From contig DASSJM010000090.1 in NCBI GenBank assembly GCA_035691205.1, positions 9,059-73,058 on the forward strand: a DNA stretch of 64,000 bases. Reading direction: 5' to 3'. Every line of letters begins with the position of its first letter. The stretch's first letter is position 1. The DNA comes from Actinomycetota bacterium. GTDB lineage: Bacteria; Actinomycetota; UBA4738; HRBIN12. The notes under the pieces were generated by a model that was not told the DNA's origin, did no database searches, and was given only the letters and a program-made list of their open reading frames with translations. A program made the position numbers and the translations under genes. Shown here piece by piece: positions 21,291 to 30,771 of this stretch.

Positions 21291-23569
21291 ACGAGCTCGG
21301 CGACGCTGCGGCGGCGTCCGGTCTTCCGGATCAGGATCGTCGCCGGGAACTGGTCCTTCACCCGCTCGGCGTGCGTGATCACGAATAGCTGGTGGAAGCG
21401 GGACGAGAGCCGCCCGAGCGTCTGCACCATGAGGTCCTTGCGCTCCTCGTCCAGCGAGGCCAGCACCTCGTCCAGAACCATCATCCCGACGTCCGCGCCC
21501 GACATGCGGGACAGCTGCGTCGAGATCGCCACGCGGAGCGCCAGGTTGGCCAGGTCGGTTTCGGACCCCGAGAAGCGGTCGATCGGGAAGTACTCGTCGC
21601 CGTCGGCGATCTGGATCGTCAGGGTCTCCTCATCCACCTTCAGGTCGTCGTACTCGTGGTTCGTGAGCTCGCGGAACAGCGCTTCCGCCTCGCGCGAGAG
21701 CTCGGGCCCGATCCGGGCCACCAGGTGGTTGCGGAACCCGTCGAGCAGCATCCCGACCCGCTCCACGTACCGAGCCTCGGAGCGGAGCTCGTCCACCCGA
21801 GCCGCGGTCTCCTTCGCCTGTCGCACCTCGCCGGTCAGCTCCGCCACGCGGCCCTCCGCGTCCTTCGCGGCGTCGCCGGCTCGTCGTTCGACCTCGCGCG
21901 CATCCGCGAGCGTCGTCTCGGCGGCCGCGAGCTCGTCCCGGACCCGCGCGTGCTCCCGCGCGTCGAACGCGAGCCCCTCCGACTCCTCCGCCAGGCTCGC
22001 CAGCTCGCGCTCGAGCGCCTCGATCGTCTCGGCAGCCGCGTCATGGTCCTGCCGAACCTGCTCGAGGTGGTCGCGGCGAGCCCCGAGCTCCGCCACCTTC
22101 TTCGCGACCGCGGTCGCGCGGGCTGCCCCGGCTCGCAGCGCCTCGAGGTCCGGCTCCTCGCCGGCGAACGGCTCCGCGAGCGCCTGGACCTCGGCGCGGA
22201 GCTCGAGGACCTGTTCCTGCAAGCGCGCGAGCCGCGACCCCGCCTCCCGCGCGCGCTCCCCCGCCTCGGCGGCCGCGCGATGCCCCTCCTCGGCCGCGGC
22301 CAGGGCGCCTGCCGCGCGCTTCGCCAGCTTGTCCGCCTCGGCGGCGGCCCGCTTGGCCGCGGTCACCTCGGACCGGCAGTGGCGCAGGTACCCGGCGAAG
22401 TCCTCGCCGAGCGGACGGCCGCACGTCGGGCACGCCTGTGTGGGGTCGGCCTCGGCGGCGCGCGCGAGCCGCTCCTCGGCCTCCGCGAGCAGCCCCGTTC
22501 GGTGAGCGCGTTCGGCCTGCGCCGCCGCCGCCGCCTCCTGGGCCTGCCCGAGCGCGGCCTGGGTCGCCCGCAGCTCCGCGAGCGCCGCCTCCGCGTCCAC
22601 GGCCGGCAGCGCGGCCGCCTGCCGCTCCGCCTCGGCGAGCTTCGACGTCGTCTCCGCGAGGCGCGTCGCCGCCCGCAGCCGATCCTCGACCCCGTCCAGG
22701 CCCTCGAGCTCCTCCTGCAGCGCCGGCAGCTCCGCGAGCTCCGCGGTGAGGGCCTCGACCCGCTCGGCGAGGCCCTGGCGGCGTTCGACCAGCCGGTCCC
22801 GCTCGCCGGTCTTCGCCGTGAGCTGCACCGTCAGCTTCTCGACCCGCTGGCGGGCGGCGTCGAGCGCGCCGAACACCTTCGTCGCCGCGCGGTGCGCGGC
22901 GGTCGCCCCCTTCAGCTCGGCGGCGGCGGCGCGCGCGAGGTCCTTCGCCTCCGCGGCGGCCTCCCTCGCCCCCTTGAGCTCCGCCTCGAGGGCGGCCAGG
23001 TCCGTCACCGCGCCCTCGAGCTGCTGGGCGCTGTCCTTGGTGGCGCGAGCCTCCCGGCGCGCGGCGGCCCGGGCCTCGTCCACCGGCTTGATCCCGAGGA
23101 GCCGCAGGGCCATCTCCTTCCGCCCTCCGGCCGTGAGATCGGAGAACGCGTCGAGCTGCTTCTGCTCGGCGAACACCGACGAGCGGAACACGTGCAGGTC
23201 CATGTGCAGCAGGCGGCGGACCTCCGCGTCGACGTCGGTGGTCCCGGCGGCCAGCTGCAACCCACCTCCGAAGAGCTGGGCGTCGGGCGCATGCCCCTTG
23301 CCCGCGATCGAGCGCCGGACCTCGTACGGCTGCCCCGCGTGCTCGAACGCGATCCGGACCTCGCAGTCCACGAGCACGCCGTGCGTCCGGATCTGGTTGC
23401 GCTTCGTGCGCGTGGCGTTCACCCCGTACAGGCCGAAGGCGATCGACTCCATCAGCGTGGACTTGCCGCTGCCGTTCTCGCCGAAGATGCCGATCACACG
23501 CGCCGGGAGCTCGAGGTCCACCTCCTCGAACACGCGGAAGTTGCGCAGCGAGAGCTCGAGGATCCTCAC
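21287..23569 (-). CDS. rad50: Rad50/SbcC-family ATPase with CxxC zinc hook
   Basis: C-terminal 760 aa of run-on ORF 21287..26083; GTG 23569 overlaps the upstream stop (GTGA). Walker A GENGSGKST, Q-loop FAEQKQ, long Ala/Glu coiled coil with hook CPTCGRP, signature FSGSETD, Walker B MMVLDE, H-loop VITHAE. Confidence 0.9.
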   Translation of the reverse strand: MRILELSLRNFRVFEEVDLELPARVIGIFGENGSGKSTLMESIAFGLYGVNATRTKRNQIRTHGVLVDCEVRIAFEHAGQPYEVRRSIAGKGHAPDAQLFGGGLQLAAGTTDVDAEVRRLLHMDLHVFRSSVFAEQKQLDAFSDLTAGGRKEMALRLLGIKPVDEARAAARREARATKDSAQQLEGAVTDLAALEAELKGAREAAAEAKDLARAAAAELKGATAAHRAATKVFGALDAARQRVEKLTVQLTAKTGERDRLVERRQGLAERVEALTAELAELPALQEELEGLDGVEDRLRAATRLAETTSKLAEAERQAAALPAVDAEAALAELRATQAALGQAQEAAAAAQAERAHRTGLLAEAEERLARAAEADPTQACPTCGRPLGEDFAGYLRHCRSEVTAAKRAAAEADKLAKRAAGALAAAEEGHRAAAEAGERAREAGSRLARLQEQVLELRAEVQALAEPFAGEEPDLEALRAGAARATAVAKKVAELGARRDHLEQVRQDHDAAAETIEALERELASLAEESEGLAFDAREHARVRDELAAAETTLADAREVERRAGDAAKDAEGRVAELTGEVRQAKETAARVDELRSEARYVERVGMLLDGFRNHLVARIGPELSREAEALFRELTNHEYDDLKVDEETLTIQIADGDEYFPIDRFSGSETDLANLALRVAISTQLSRMSGADVGMMVLDEVLASLDEERKDLMVQTLGRLSSRFHQLFVITHAERVKDQFPATILIRKTGRRRSVAELV

Positions 23570-24696
23570 GCCGAGTCGCCCTTGGCCTGCTCGAGGAACG
23601 TCGCGCCCATCTGCACCACGCGCTCGCGCTCGAGCCCGGCGAGGTCCTGGAGCTCCACGTACGCCGCCCACTCCTGCTCGAGCGAGCCCACCGTCGGGCC
23701 GCCCTGGACGGCGAGGGCCTCGGCCCCGTAGTCGGGCTCGACCTGCACCCACAGCGCGCCGGGCACCGCCTCCTGGAACTGCTCGTTCGCCACCTGGCGG
23801 AAGGACGCCGGGTCGACCTCGTTCAGGTACACCCGGACGATCGCCCCCTCGGGCAGCCCTTTCGCTGCGCGCTCGGCCGCGTCCACGAGCTCGCCCGACG
23901 ACATCGAGGCCGCCTGGACGCTCACGGTCGCGAGCGGCCGCTCGCGCGGGTTCTCGACGTGCTCGACCTTCCCCGTCTCGGTGTCCAGGACGACGAGACC
24001 CTTCGCCGTCTCGGGTGAGTCGGCGTAGGAGAACGTGTCCGTCGAGCCCGCGTACCAGGTGCGCCTGGAGACCTTCTGCTGCGCGTGGTAGTGACCGAGC
24101 AGCGCGAGGTCGAACCCCGTGTCGAACTCGGACTCGGCGACCTCGAGCTCGTTGATGTCGCGGTACGCACGCACGGGCAGCGAGGTGAGCGCGACGTGCG
24201 CGAGCAGCAGGTTGGTCGCGTCCTGCCGAACGTTGCGGGCGGCAGCCGCCAACTGCTCCTTGAGCTCGACGACCGAGAGGGTCTGGGGCACGGCGTGCAC
24301 GAGCACCCCGGCGAGTTCCGTCGCCACGGCCTCCATGCGCCACGCGAACGTGACGGCCGGGAACACGCGCTCGAGTGCGTCGTAGGGTGAGCCGGTCCCT
24401 CGGACCCGCGGCGTGTCGTGATTGCCGCTGATCGCCACGCCCCGCAGGCCGGCGTCGGTCAGGCGTTGGATCCCCGCGAGCACGTGTGCGAAGACCCGGT
24501 AGCTCGGCCGGGCGTGGTCGAACACGTCGCCGAGCAACAGGAACCCGTCCGGCTCCAGACGGATCGTCTCGTCCACGGCCCAGGCGAACGAGCGCAGGAA
24601 GTCCTCCTCGCGCACGTTGCGCCCCTGGTCGTCGCGCACGTGGGCGAGGTGCGAACGCCCCAGGTGCGCGTCGCCGAACGCGACCAGCCGCGCCAT
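23566..24696 (-). CDS. mre11: Mre11/SbcD-family metallophosphoesterase nuclease
   Basis: 376 aa. Phosphoesterase motifs GDAHLG, GDVFDH, GNHD and LLAHV..., LLGHYH. The start abuts the herA stop (TAG|ATG). Confidence 0.9.
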   Translation of the reverse strand: MARLVAFGDAHLGRSHLAHVRDDQGRNVREEDFLRSFAWAVDETIRLEPDGFLLLGDVFDHARPSYRVFAHVLAGIQRLTDAGLRGVAISGNHDTPRVRGTGSPYDALERVFPAVTFAWRMEAVATELAGVLVHAVPQTLSVVELKEQLAAAARNVRQDATNLLLAHVALTSLPVRAYRDINELEVAESEFDTGFDLALLGHYHAQQKVSRRTWYAGSTDTFSYADSPETAKGLVVLDTETGKVEHVENPRERPLATVSVQAASMSSGELVDAAERAAKGLPEGAIVRVYLNEVDPASFRQVANEQFQEAVPGALWVQVEPDYGAEALAVQGGPTVGSLEQEWAAYVELQDLAGLERERVVQMGATFLEQAKGDSA

Positions 24697-26262
24697 CTAC
24701 TCCGCGAACCCCTTCGACGACCCCTCGGGCGTCGGCGGCAGCGGCGAGGGTCCCGCGACCGACTTCAGGTAGTCCTCGTACAGGTAGACCTGCGCCGGGA
24801 GCGCGAACGGGGCCTCGAGGTTGGTCACGATCGCCTCGCCGGGCATCAGCGTCTGGATCTCGGGTCCGAGGTTGGAGATGTCCTGCTTGGAGCTGCCGCG
24901 CAGGATGTTGCGGTCCTTCTCGTCGGCCAGGCCGAGGACGAAGAACGTGTTGAACTGCGACAGCAGCTCGTCGTCGATCAGCTTCGGCTGCTGGGAGACG
25001 GCGCACAGGCCGACCTTGAACTTGCGGCCCTCGCGCGCGACGCGCGGGAACACGTTCTCCTCCGCGCGCATGGCGCGCCCGAGCACGCGCTGCGCCTCCT
25101 CGAGCGCGACGAGCGTCGGCGGGAGCGCCGCGAACCGCTCGCGGTCGTCCAGGTAGGCGTCCGAGTAGGCCTCGAGCACGGCCCGCGTGATCACGGAAGC
25201 GACGAGGATCTCCTCGGTGGAGGACAGGCCGCTCGTGTCCACCAGGACGGAGTAGCCGTCCATCAGCTCGCGCACGATGCGCTCGGACAGCGAGGGCTGG
25301 GAGGTGTCGCGCGAGATGCACGGCATGTCGAGGATCCGCTGCGCGCGCCGCTGGATCACCTGCAGCGTGCTGGTCGCGACGTTCAGGTCCTCGGCCAGCG
25401 CGGCGACGTCCGGCTCCTCGCCGACGCGGACGATCCACTCCTCGCGGAAGAAGCGGACCAGCCGGTAGATCGCGTCCTCCTGCGCGTGGCTCCACACGTA
25501 CGCGGTCTGGAGGTCGCCGAGGGTGAGCTCGCCGAGCGAGAGCCGGAGCGCGGTGGCCCCGGCGCCGGCGGCTCGGGTCGCGTAGACCTTCAGGCGCTCG
25601 GCCGCCCACGGGTGGTCGCGCAGTCCGCGGCGGATCCCGCTGCCGCCCTCCAGGTACTCGCCGTGCGGATCGAACAGCAGGCACGCGTACCGCCCCTTGC
25701 TGGAGAGGATCTCGCCCGCGATCACCTTCATCAGGTTGGACTTGCCCATGCCGGTGGTGGCGAACACGCCGACGTGCGACGTCAGCGTCTCCCCCTTGAT
25801 CCCGACCTCCAGGTCGATGGTGTCCTCCCCCGAGCGCAGGAGCCCGACCCGAACGTCGCCCATGCGCTCGCGCAGGAACGCGAAGTCGTCGGTCGTCGGC
25901 GCCGTAACCCGCGCGAACTGCGCCGGCAGTGACTTGGGCTTGCGGAACGCGCCCGCCGCGTCGATGTAGCCGAGCGGCTGGCAGGTCGCCACCTTGTACA
26001 GGCGCTGCTCCGGATCGTGCAGCGTGTACGGGGTGCCCGCGGCGTCGCCGGACATGTAGGCGCCGGCCGTGCGTTCGGACCACGAGGGGTCGCTCGAATC
26101 CGAGCCGTAGGTCACCTGGATCACACGGAACAGGAACCGCCGCCCTCGCTCGGCGTCCTCGCCGGCGAGCAGCTCGCCCAGGAACAGGTCCGTGCCGTAG
26201 AACGAGCGGAACGTCGCCTCCAGCACGCTCTTGCCGAAGATCCGGCCCTTGTAGTCGCTCAT
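24697..26262 (-). CDS. herA: HerA-family hexameric DNA translocase/helicase ATPase
   Basis: 521 aa. N-terminal barrel region, Walker A ATTGMGKSN, HerA-type Walker B LLFDPHGEY, and a C-terminal VSQQP...FVLGL segment. Confidence 0.85.
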   Translation of the reverse strand: MSDYKGRIFGKSVLEATFRSFYGTDLFLGELLAGEDAERGRRFLFRVIQVTYGSDSSDPSWSERTAGAYMSGDAAGTPYTLHDPEQRLYKVATCQPLGYIDAAGAFRKPKSLPAQFARVTAPTTDDFAFLRERMGDVRVGLLRSGEDTIDLEVGIKGETLTSHVGVFATTGMGKSNLMKVIAGEILSSKGRYACLLFDPHGEYLEGGSGIRRGLRDHPWAAERLKVYATRAAGAGATALRLSLGELTLGDLQTAYVWSHAQEDAIYRLVRFFREEWIVRVGEEPDVAALAEDLNVATSTLQVIQRRAQRILDMPCISRDTSQPSLSERIVRELMDGYSVLVDTSGLSSTEEILVASVITRAVLEAYSDAYLDDRERFAALPPTLVALEEAQRVLGRAMRAEENVFPRVAREGRKFKVGLCAVSQQPKLIDDELLSQFNTFFVLGLADEKDRNILRGSSKQDISNLGPEIQTLMPGEAIVTNLEAPFALPAQVYLYEDYLKSVAGPSPLPPTPEGSSKGFAE

Positions 26263-26272
26263 CGCTCCCGCC

Positions 26273-27364
26273 TCATCGGTTCAGCACCTCGTGGAAGTCC
26301 TGGAACAGCACTTCGACGTCGTCCTGCGACATGCCGCGGCGACCGAGCGCGTCGCGGAACGCCCGACGCACGTCGACCACGTCGTAGCCGGTGACCCGGG
26401 CCGTCTGGTGCGCCCGCGCCAGCGGGTACGGATACCCCACGAACGCCGCATCGTCCGCGAGCCCGGCCAGGCGTCCCAGCACCTCGGAGGCCGGCGCGGG
26501 GCCGCTGGCGACGTCGACCCGGAACGCGTACGAGGCGGTCGGCGCGAGGTGCGCGACGAAGATGTCCCCCACGTACAGCCGTCCGAAGACCGGATCCGTC
26601 GAGATCCGGGCGGCCCACGTGGCGTGCCCGAGCTCGCGGTCCCCGCGGCGCTTCACCAGCGTCACGAGCGGCGCGTTCCGCCCCCAGAACAGCGTGGACG
26701 CCTTCACGACCCCGGCGAGCGACACGCCGCGCTCGACGGCCTCGTCGTGGACACGGCGGACGACGACCTGCGGCACGAGGGGCCCGCCGTGCAGCGAGCC
26801 GTCCACGAGCACCAGGTCGCCCGCGGCGGCATCCCGGATCGTGCGTGCCACCTCGGCCCATTCGGCCCACTCGCGGAGGGCGTCGACCGGTCGCGGCATC
26901 TCCGGCAGGCGCTCCGGCTCCTGCCCGCACAGCTCGGTCAGGATCGTCCGGGCGACGGCCTGCATCTCCTCGGGAGAGACCGCCCGCACGGTGAGCGTGG
27001 GCCGCTCGACGACCTCGGTCAGTCCGCCCGCGAACCGGACGCGGGCCGCCCGGTAGGCCGCGACCTGGAACGACCGGCCGTCGGCGACCACGCACGAGCC
27101 ACCGTCGACCGCCCACACCGTGCCGGGCTCGGCCGGGATCACCGGCGTCAGCTCGAAAGCGTCGGGATGCCCCTGCACGACGAGGGCCTCATCCAGGCTC
27201 GCCTGGCCCTCGAGGACGTGGATCTCCGAGGCCGGGCGCTCGAGCAGGTCCACCACGAAGGAGGCGGCGTCGTCCAGCTGGTCGCCCTCGACGAGGTCGA
27301 GGCTGAACAGGCGCGCGCCGGAGGGGTCGGCCACGGGCCGAAGCGTACCCGAGCGCTCCGACAC
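26273..27364 (-). CDS. nurA: NurA-family 5'-3' nuclease
   Basis: 363 aa. NurA-like acidic motifs VWAVDGGS and LVLVDGSLHG, plus a C-terminal FVGYPYPLARAH segment. Lies 10 nt upstream of herA. Confidence 0.8.
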   Translation of the reverse strand: MSERSGTLRPVADPSGARLFSLDLVEGDQLDDAASFVVDLLERPASEIHVLEGQASLDEALVVQGHPDAFELTPVIPAEPGTVWAVDGGSCVVADGRSFQVAAYRAARVRFAGGLTEVVERPTLTVRAVSPEEMQAVARTILTELCGQEPERLPEMPRPVDALREWAEWAEVARTIRDAAAGDLVLVDGSLHGGPLVPQVVVRRVHDEAVERGVSLAGVVKASTLFWGRNAPLVTLVKRRGDRELGHATWAARISTDPVFGRLYVGDIFVAHLAPTASYAFRVDVASGPAPASEVLGRLAGLADDAAFVGYPYPLARAHQTARVTGYDVVDVRRAFRDALGRRGMSQDDVEVLFQDFHEVLNR

Positions 27365-27392
27365 ACCCGGGCATCCGCGGCCTGCCCAGCCC

Positions 27393-28553
27393 CTACCCGA
27401 GCGTCTTCAGGAGCTCCCGGGCGATCACGACGCGCTGGATCTGGTTGGTCCCCTCGTAGATCTGGGTGATCTTCGCGTCGCGCATGAAGCGCTCGACCGG
27501 GTACTCCCGGACGTACCCGTAGCCGCCGAGCACCTGGACGGCGTCGGTCGTGATCCGCATCGCGGCGTCGGAGGCGAAGCACTTCGCGAGACTGGAGAAG
27601 TACGTCATCCGCGGATCCCCGGCGTCGCAGAACGCGAGCGCCTTGTACACGAGGGGCCGCGCGGCCTCCAGCTGCATGGCCATGTCCGCGAGCATGAACG
27701 AGACGCCCTGGAACTCCACGATCGGCTTGCCGAACTGCTCGCGCTCGGCCGCGTAGCGCACGGCGAAGTCGAACGCCCCCTGTGCGATCCCGAGCGCCTG
27801 TGCGGCGATCGCCGGCCGCGAGTAGTCCAGCGTCCGCATCGCGTACGCGAACCCCTGGCCCTCCTCGCCGATCAGCCTGTCCGCAGAGATCCTCGTCGAG
27901 TCGCAGATCACCTCGCGCGTGGGCGACCCGCGGATCCCCATCTTGTCCTCCTTGCGCCCGAACGAGATGCCGGGGTCGTCGCTCATCACGAGGAAGGCCG
28001 ACACGCCCTTCGAGCGCAGCGACGGGTCCTTGGTCGCGAACACCACGTACGCGTGCGAGACGCCCGCGCCGGTGATGAACCGCTTCGTCCCGTCCAGGAC
28101 CCACGAATCACCGTCGCGCACGTACCGCGTGGTCATCGAGGCCGCGTCCGACCCGGCGCCGGGCTCGGTGAGCGCATAGGACATGAGGAGCTCGCCCCTC
28201 GCGATGCCCTCGGTCATGCGCCGGGCCTTGTCCAGGTCTCCCGCGACGACCAGGGGGATCACGCCGAGCTTGGACACGAGCGGCGTCAGCGAGACACCGG
28301 CGGAGACCCGCGAGAGCTCCTCGATGAAGACGCCGAAGGCGAGCGAGCCTCCGCCGGAGCCGCCGTGCTCCTCGGGGTACCCGACCCCCATGAGGTCGTT
28401 CTCGACGAGGACCTCGTAGATGTCCTCGGGCCACTCGTCCGTCTCATCGATCTCTGCGGCGCGCGGCGCGATCCGCTCCTCGGCGATCCGTCGCACGAGC
28501 GCGCGGAACTCCTCGAGCTCCTCGGGCAGGCCGAAGCGCTCGAGCTCGCCCAT
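27393..28553 (-). CDS. Acyl-CoA dehydrogenase
   Basis: 386 aa. Contains YALTEPGAGSD and QVLGGYGYVREYPVERFMRDAKITQIYEGTNQIQ. Confidence 0.9.
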   Translation of the reverse strand: MGELERFGLPEELEEFRALVRRIAEERIAPRAAEIDETDEWPEDIYEVLVENDLMGVGYPEEHGGSGGGSLAFGVFIEELSRVSAGVSLTPLVSKLGVIPLVVAGDLDKARRMTEGIARGELLMSYALTEPGAGSDAASMTTRYVRDGDSWVLDGTKRFITGAGVSHAYVVFATKDPSLRSKGVSAFLVMSDDPGISFGRKEDKMGIRGSPTREVICDSTRISADRLIGEEGQGFAYAMRTLDYSRPAIAAQALGIAQGAFDFAVRYAAEREQFGKPIVEFQGVSFMLADMAMQLEAARPLVYKALAFCDAGDPRMTYFSSLAKCFASDAAMRITTDAVQVLGGYGYVREYPVERFMRDAKITQIYEGTNQIQRVVIARELLKTLG

Positions 28554-28556
28554 GCC

Positions 28557-29738
28557 TCAGACGCGACGCAGCACGAGCGCGTCGCCCTGCCCGCCGCCGC
28601 CGCAGATCGCCACGGCCCCCAGGTCCACGCGGCGCCGGCGCATCTCGTGCGCGAGCGTCAGCACGAGCCGCGCGCCGCTCGCCCCGATCGGATGCCCGAG
28701 GGCGACCGCCCCGCCGTTCACGTTCACGAGCTCGTCGTCGAACCCGAGGATGCGGGCCACGTTCAGCGAGACGGCCGCGAACGCCTCGTTCACCTCGAGC
28801 AGGCCGAGGTCGTGGACGTCCAGGCCCGCCTTCTTCAGCGCGTGCTGCAGCGCGATCGCTGGCACGGTGTGCAGGTAGGCGAACCGCTCCGCCGACATCC
28901 CGTGCGCCACGATCTCGGCGAGCGGCTGCAGGCCGAGCTGCTCGGCCCGGGACGGACTCGTGACGACCACCGCCGCGGCCCCGTCGCTGATCTGCGAGGC
29001 GTTGCCGGCCGTGATGGTCCCGGTCTCCGAGAAGACCGCCGGCAGCCCGCCGAGGATCTCCGGCGTCGAGTCCGGCCGGATCCCCTCGTCCCGCTCCACG
29101 ACCACCGGCTCGCCCTTGCGCTGCGGGACCTCGACCGGGACGACCTCCTCGGCGAGCGCGCCCGACTCCCAGCCGGCGTGCGCTCGCCGATGCGAGCGCG
29201 CGGCCCAGGCGTCCTGCTCCTGGCGCGTGATGCCGAGCTCCGCGTTCACGGCATCGGAGGACTCGCCCATGTGGACCTTCGTGAAGGTCGACCAGAGTCC
29301 GTCGTGGATCATCGTGTCGATCAGGTCCGCGTGGCCGAGCCGCGAGCCGCCGCGAGCCTTCGGCACCACGTACGGGGCGTTGGTCATGGACTCCATCCCG
29401 CCGGCGACCACCACCTCGACCTCGCCCGCCCTGATCATCTGGTCGGCGAGCGCGATCGCGGTCGTGCCCGACAGGCACACCTTGTCCACGTTGAGCGAGG
29501 GGATCTCCTTCGGGATCCCGGCGGCGACGGCCGCCTGGCGAGCGGTGATCTGCCCGGTCCCGGCACGCAGGACCTGTCCCATCACGACGTAGTCGACCTG
29601 ATCGGGCGCCACGCCCGCCCGGACGAGGGCCTCGCGGATCGCCGCGGCGCCGAGGTCCACCGCCTGGAGGTCGGCCAACGCACCCTGGAACCTGCCGATC
29701 GGGGTCCGCGCGCCCGCGACGATGACCGAGCCGCTCAC
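28557..29738 (-). CDS. Acetyl-CoA C-acetyltransferase (canonical thiolase)
   Basis: 393 aa, GTG 29738. Nucleophile region VDKVCLSGTTAIAL, NVNGGAVALGHPIGASGAR, and C-terminal ICGGGGQG. Confidence 0.9.
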   Translation of the reverse strand: MSGSVIVAGARTPIGRFQGALADLQAVDLGAAAIREALVRAGVAPDQVDYVVMGQVLRAGTGQITARQAAVAAGIPKEIPSLNVDKVCLSGTTAIALADQMIRAGEVEVVVAGGMESMTNAPYVVPKARGGSRLGHADLIDTMIHDGLWSTFTKVHMGESSDAVNAELGITRQEQDAWAARSHRRAHAGWESGALAEEVVPVEVPQRKGEPVVVERDEGIRPDSTPEILGGLPAVFSETGTITAGNASQISDGAAAVVVTSPSRAEQLGLQPLAEIVAHGMSAERFAYLHTVPAIALQHALKKAGLDVHDLGLLEVNEAFAAVSLNVARILGFDDELVNVNGGAVALGHPIGASGARLVLTLAHEMRRRRVDLGAVAICGGGGQGDALVLRRV

Positions 29739-30235
29739 GGGCCGAGTCTACGCCAGCGCTCGAACACCTCGAGCCCGTCGGGACAGAAGCGCTCACGGGC
29801 GATCATCGCGTCGACCTCCGGCAGCGGCGCGAACGCGCCCCACGCGACCTCCTCCGGCTGCCACACGATCGGCCCCGTCCACACCGCGTCGAACACCGCC
29901 CCCCATACCTCGCCGCTCGGTCCCGAGTAGCGGTGCAGGAACCGGAACGACGGGCGGGCGGCGACGCCGAGCTCCTCGCGCAGTTCTCGGGCGGCGCAGT
30001 CCTCGTAGGACTCCCCAGCGGCGTTCACCCCGCCCGCGCAGAGGTCGTGATAGCCGGGATACACGTCCTTCGTCTCCGTGCGCCGATGCACGTAGAGCTC
30101 GCCGGCAGGGTTCAGCACCAGGACGTAGGTGCAGCGATGCAGCAGGTTCCGGGCTCGGAGCTCCCGGCGCGTGACCGTGGCGACCACGTCGTTGCCCTCG
30201 TCGACGACGTCGACGAGCTCGTCGCCCGGGTCCAC
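29735..30235 (-). CDS. NUDIX hydrolase
   Basis: ORF 29735..30304 trimmed to GTG 30235. Nudix box GGVNAAGESYEDCAARELREELGV. Its stop overlaps the thiolase start (GTGA). Confidence 0.8.
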   Translation of the reverse strand: MDPGDELVDVVDEGNDVVATVTRRELRARNLLHRCTYVLVLNPAGELYVHRRTETKDVYPGYHDLCAGGVNAAGESYEDCAARELREELGVAARPSFRFLHRYSGPSGEVWGAVFDAVWTGPIVWQPEEVAWGAFAPLPEVDAMIARERFCPDGLEVFERWRRLGP

Positions 30236-30239
30236 GGGC

Positions 30240-30740
30240 TCAGCCGCGGCCGGCGACCCAGTACTGCCAGCCGTCGAGCTCGGGGACCTCCTCGTCGAGC
30301 GCACCGAGCGTCGAGCAGATCTGCGTGCGGTGGTCGTTGCCGTGGTGGATCGCCTGGATCAGCAGGAGCCCCTCGGCGTCGTCCGTATCCGGATACCCGC
30401 CGGTGTGGTCTCGGATCGCGGCCCGCAGCTCGCCCGCCTCGAGCTCGTCGAGGATCTCGGTCCACCGCCGCCGGTGATCGGCGAGCTCCGCCCGCAGCTC
30501 GGCCAGGGGGACGCCCACCCGGTCCTCGGCCGGAGGGAGAGACGGGTTGCGCATCCGGAGCAGGTACCGGTCGTCGGCGCCCATCAGGTGCGCGAGCGTG
30601 TCGATCATCGAGCCGTAGGTGCCGGGCACCGACGCGTCCAGCCGCTCCGCCGGGAGCCCCTCGAGGTGGTCGATCAGGGCCTCGGTCGCCCACAGGTGGT
30701 GGTCGAACATCGCCCGCACGATGTCGTTGGGTGTGGTCAT
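30240..30740 (-). CDS. DinB-family (DinB_2 / mycothiol-transferase-like) four-helix-bundle protein
   Basis: Trimmed to ATG 30740. His triad context: FDHHLWAT, DTLAHLMGAD, AIHHGNDHRTQ. Confidence 0.75.
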   Translation of the reverse strand: MTTPNDIVRAMFDHHLWATEALIDHLEGLPAERLDASVPGTYGSMIDTLAHLMGADDRYLLRMRNPSLPPAEDRVGVPLAELRAELADHRRRWTEILDELEAGELRAAIRDHTGGYPDTDDAEGLLLIQAIHHGNDHRTQICSTLGALDEEVPELDGWQYWVAGRG

Positions 30741-30771
30741 GCTCAGGAGCGTACCGCGCGAGCCGCCCGGT

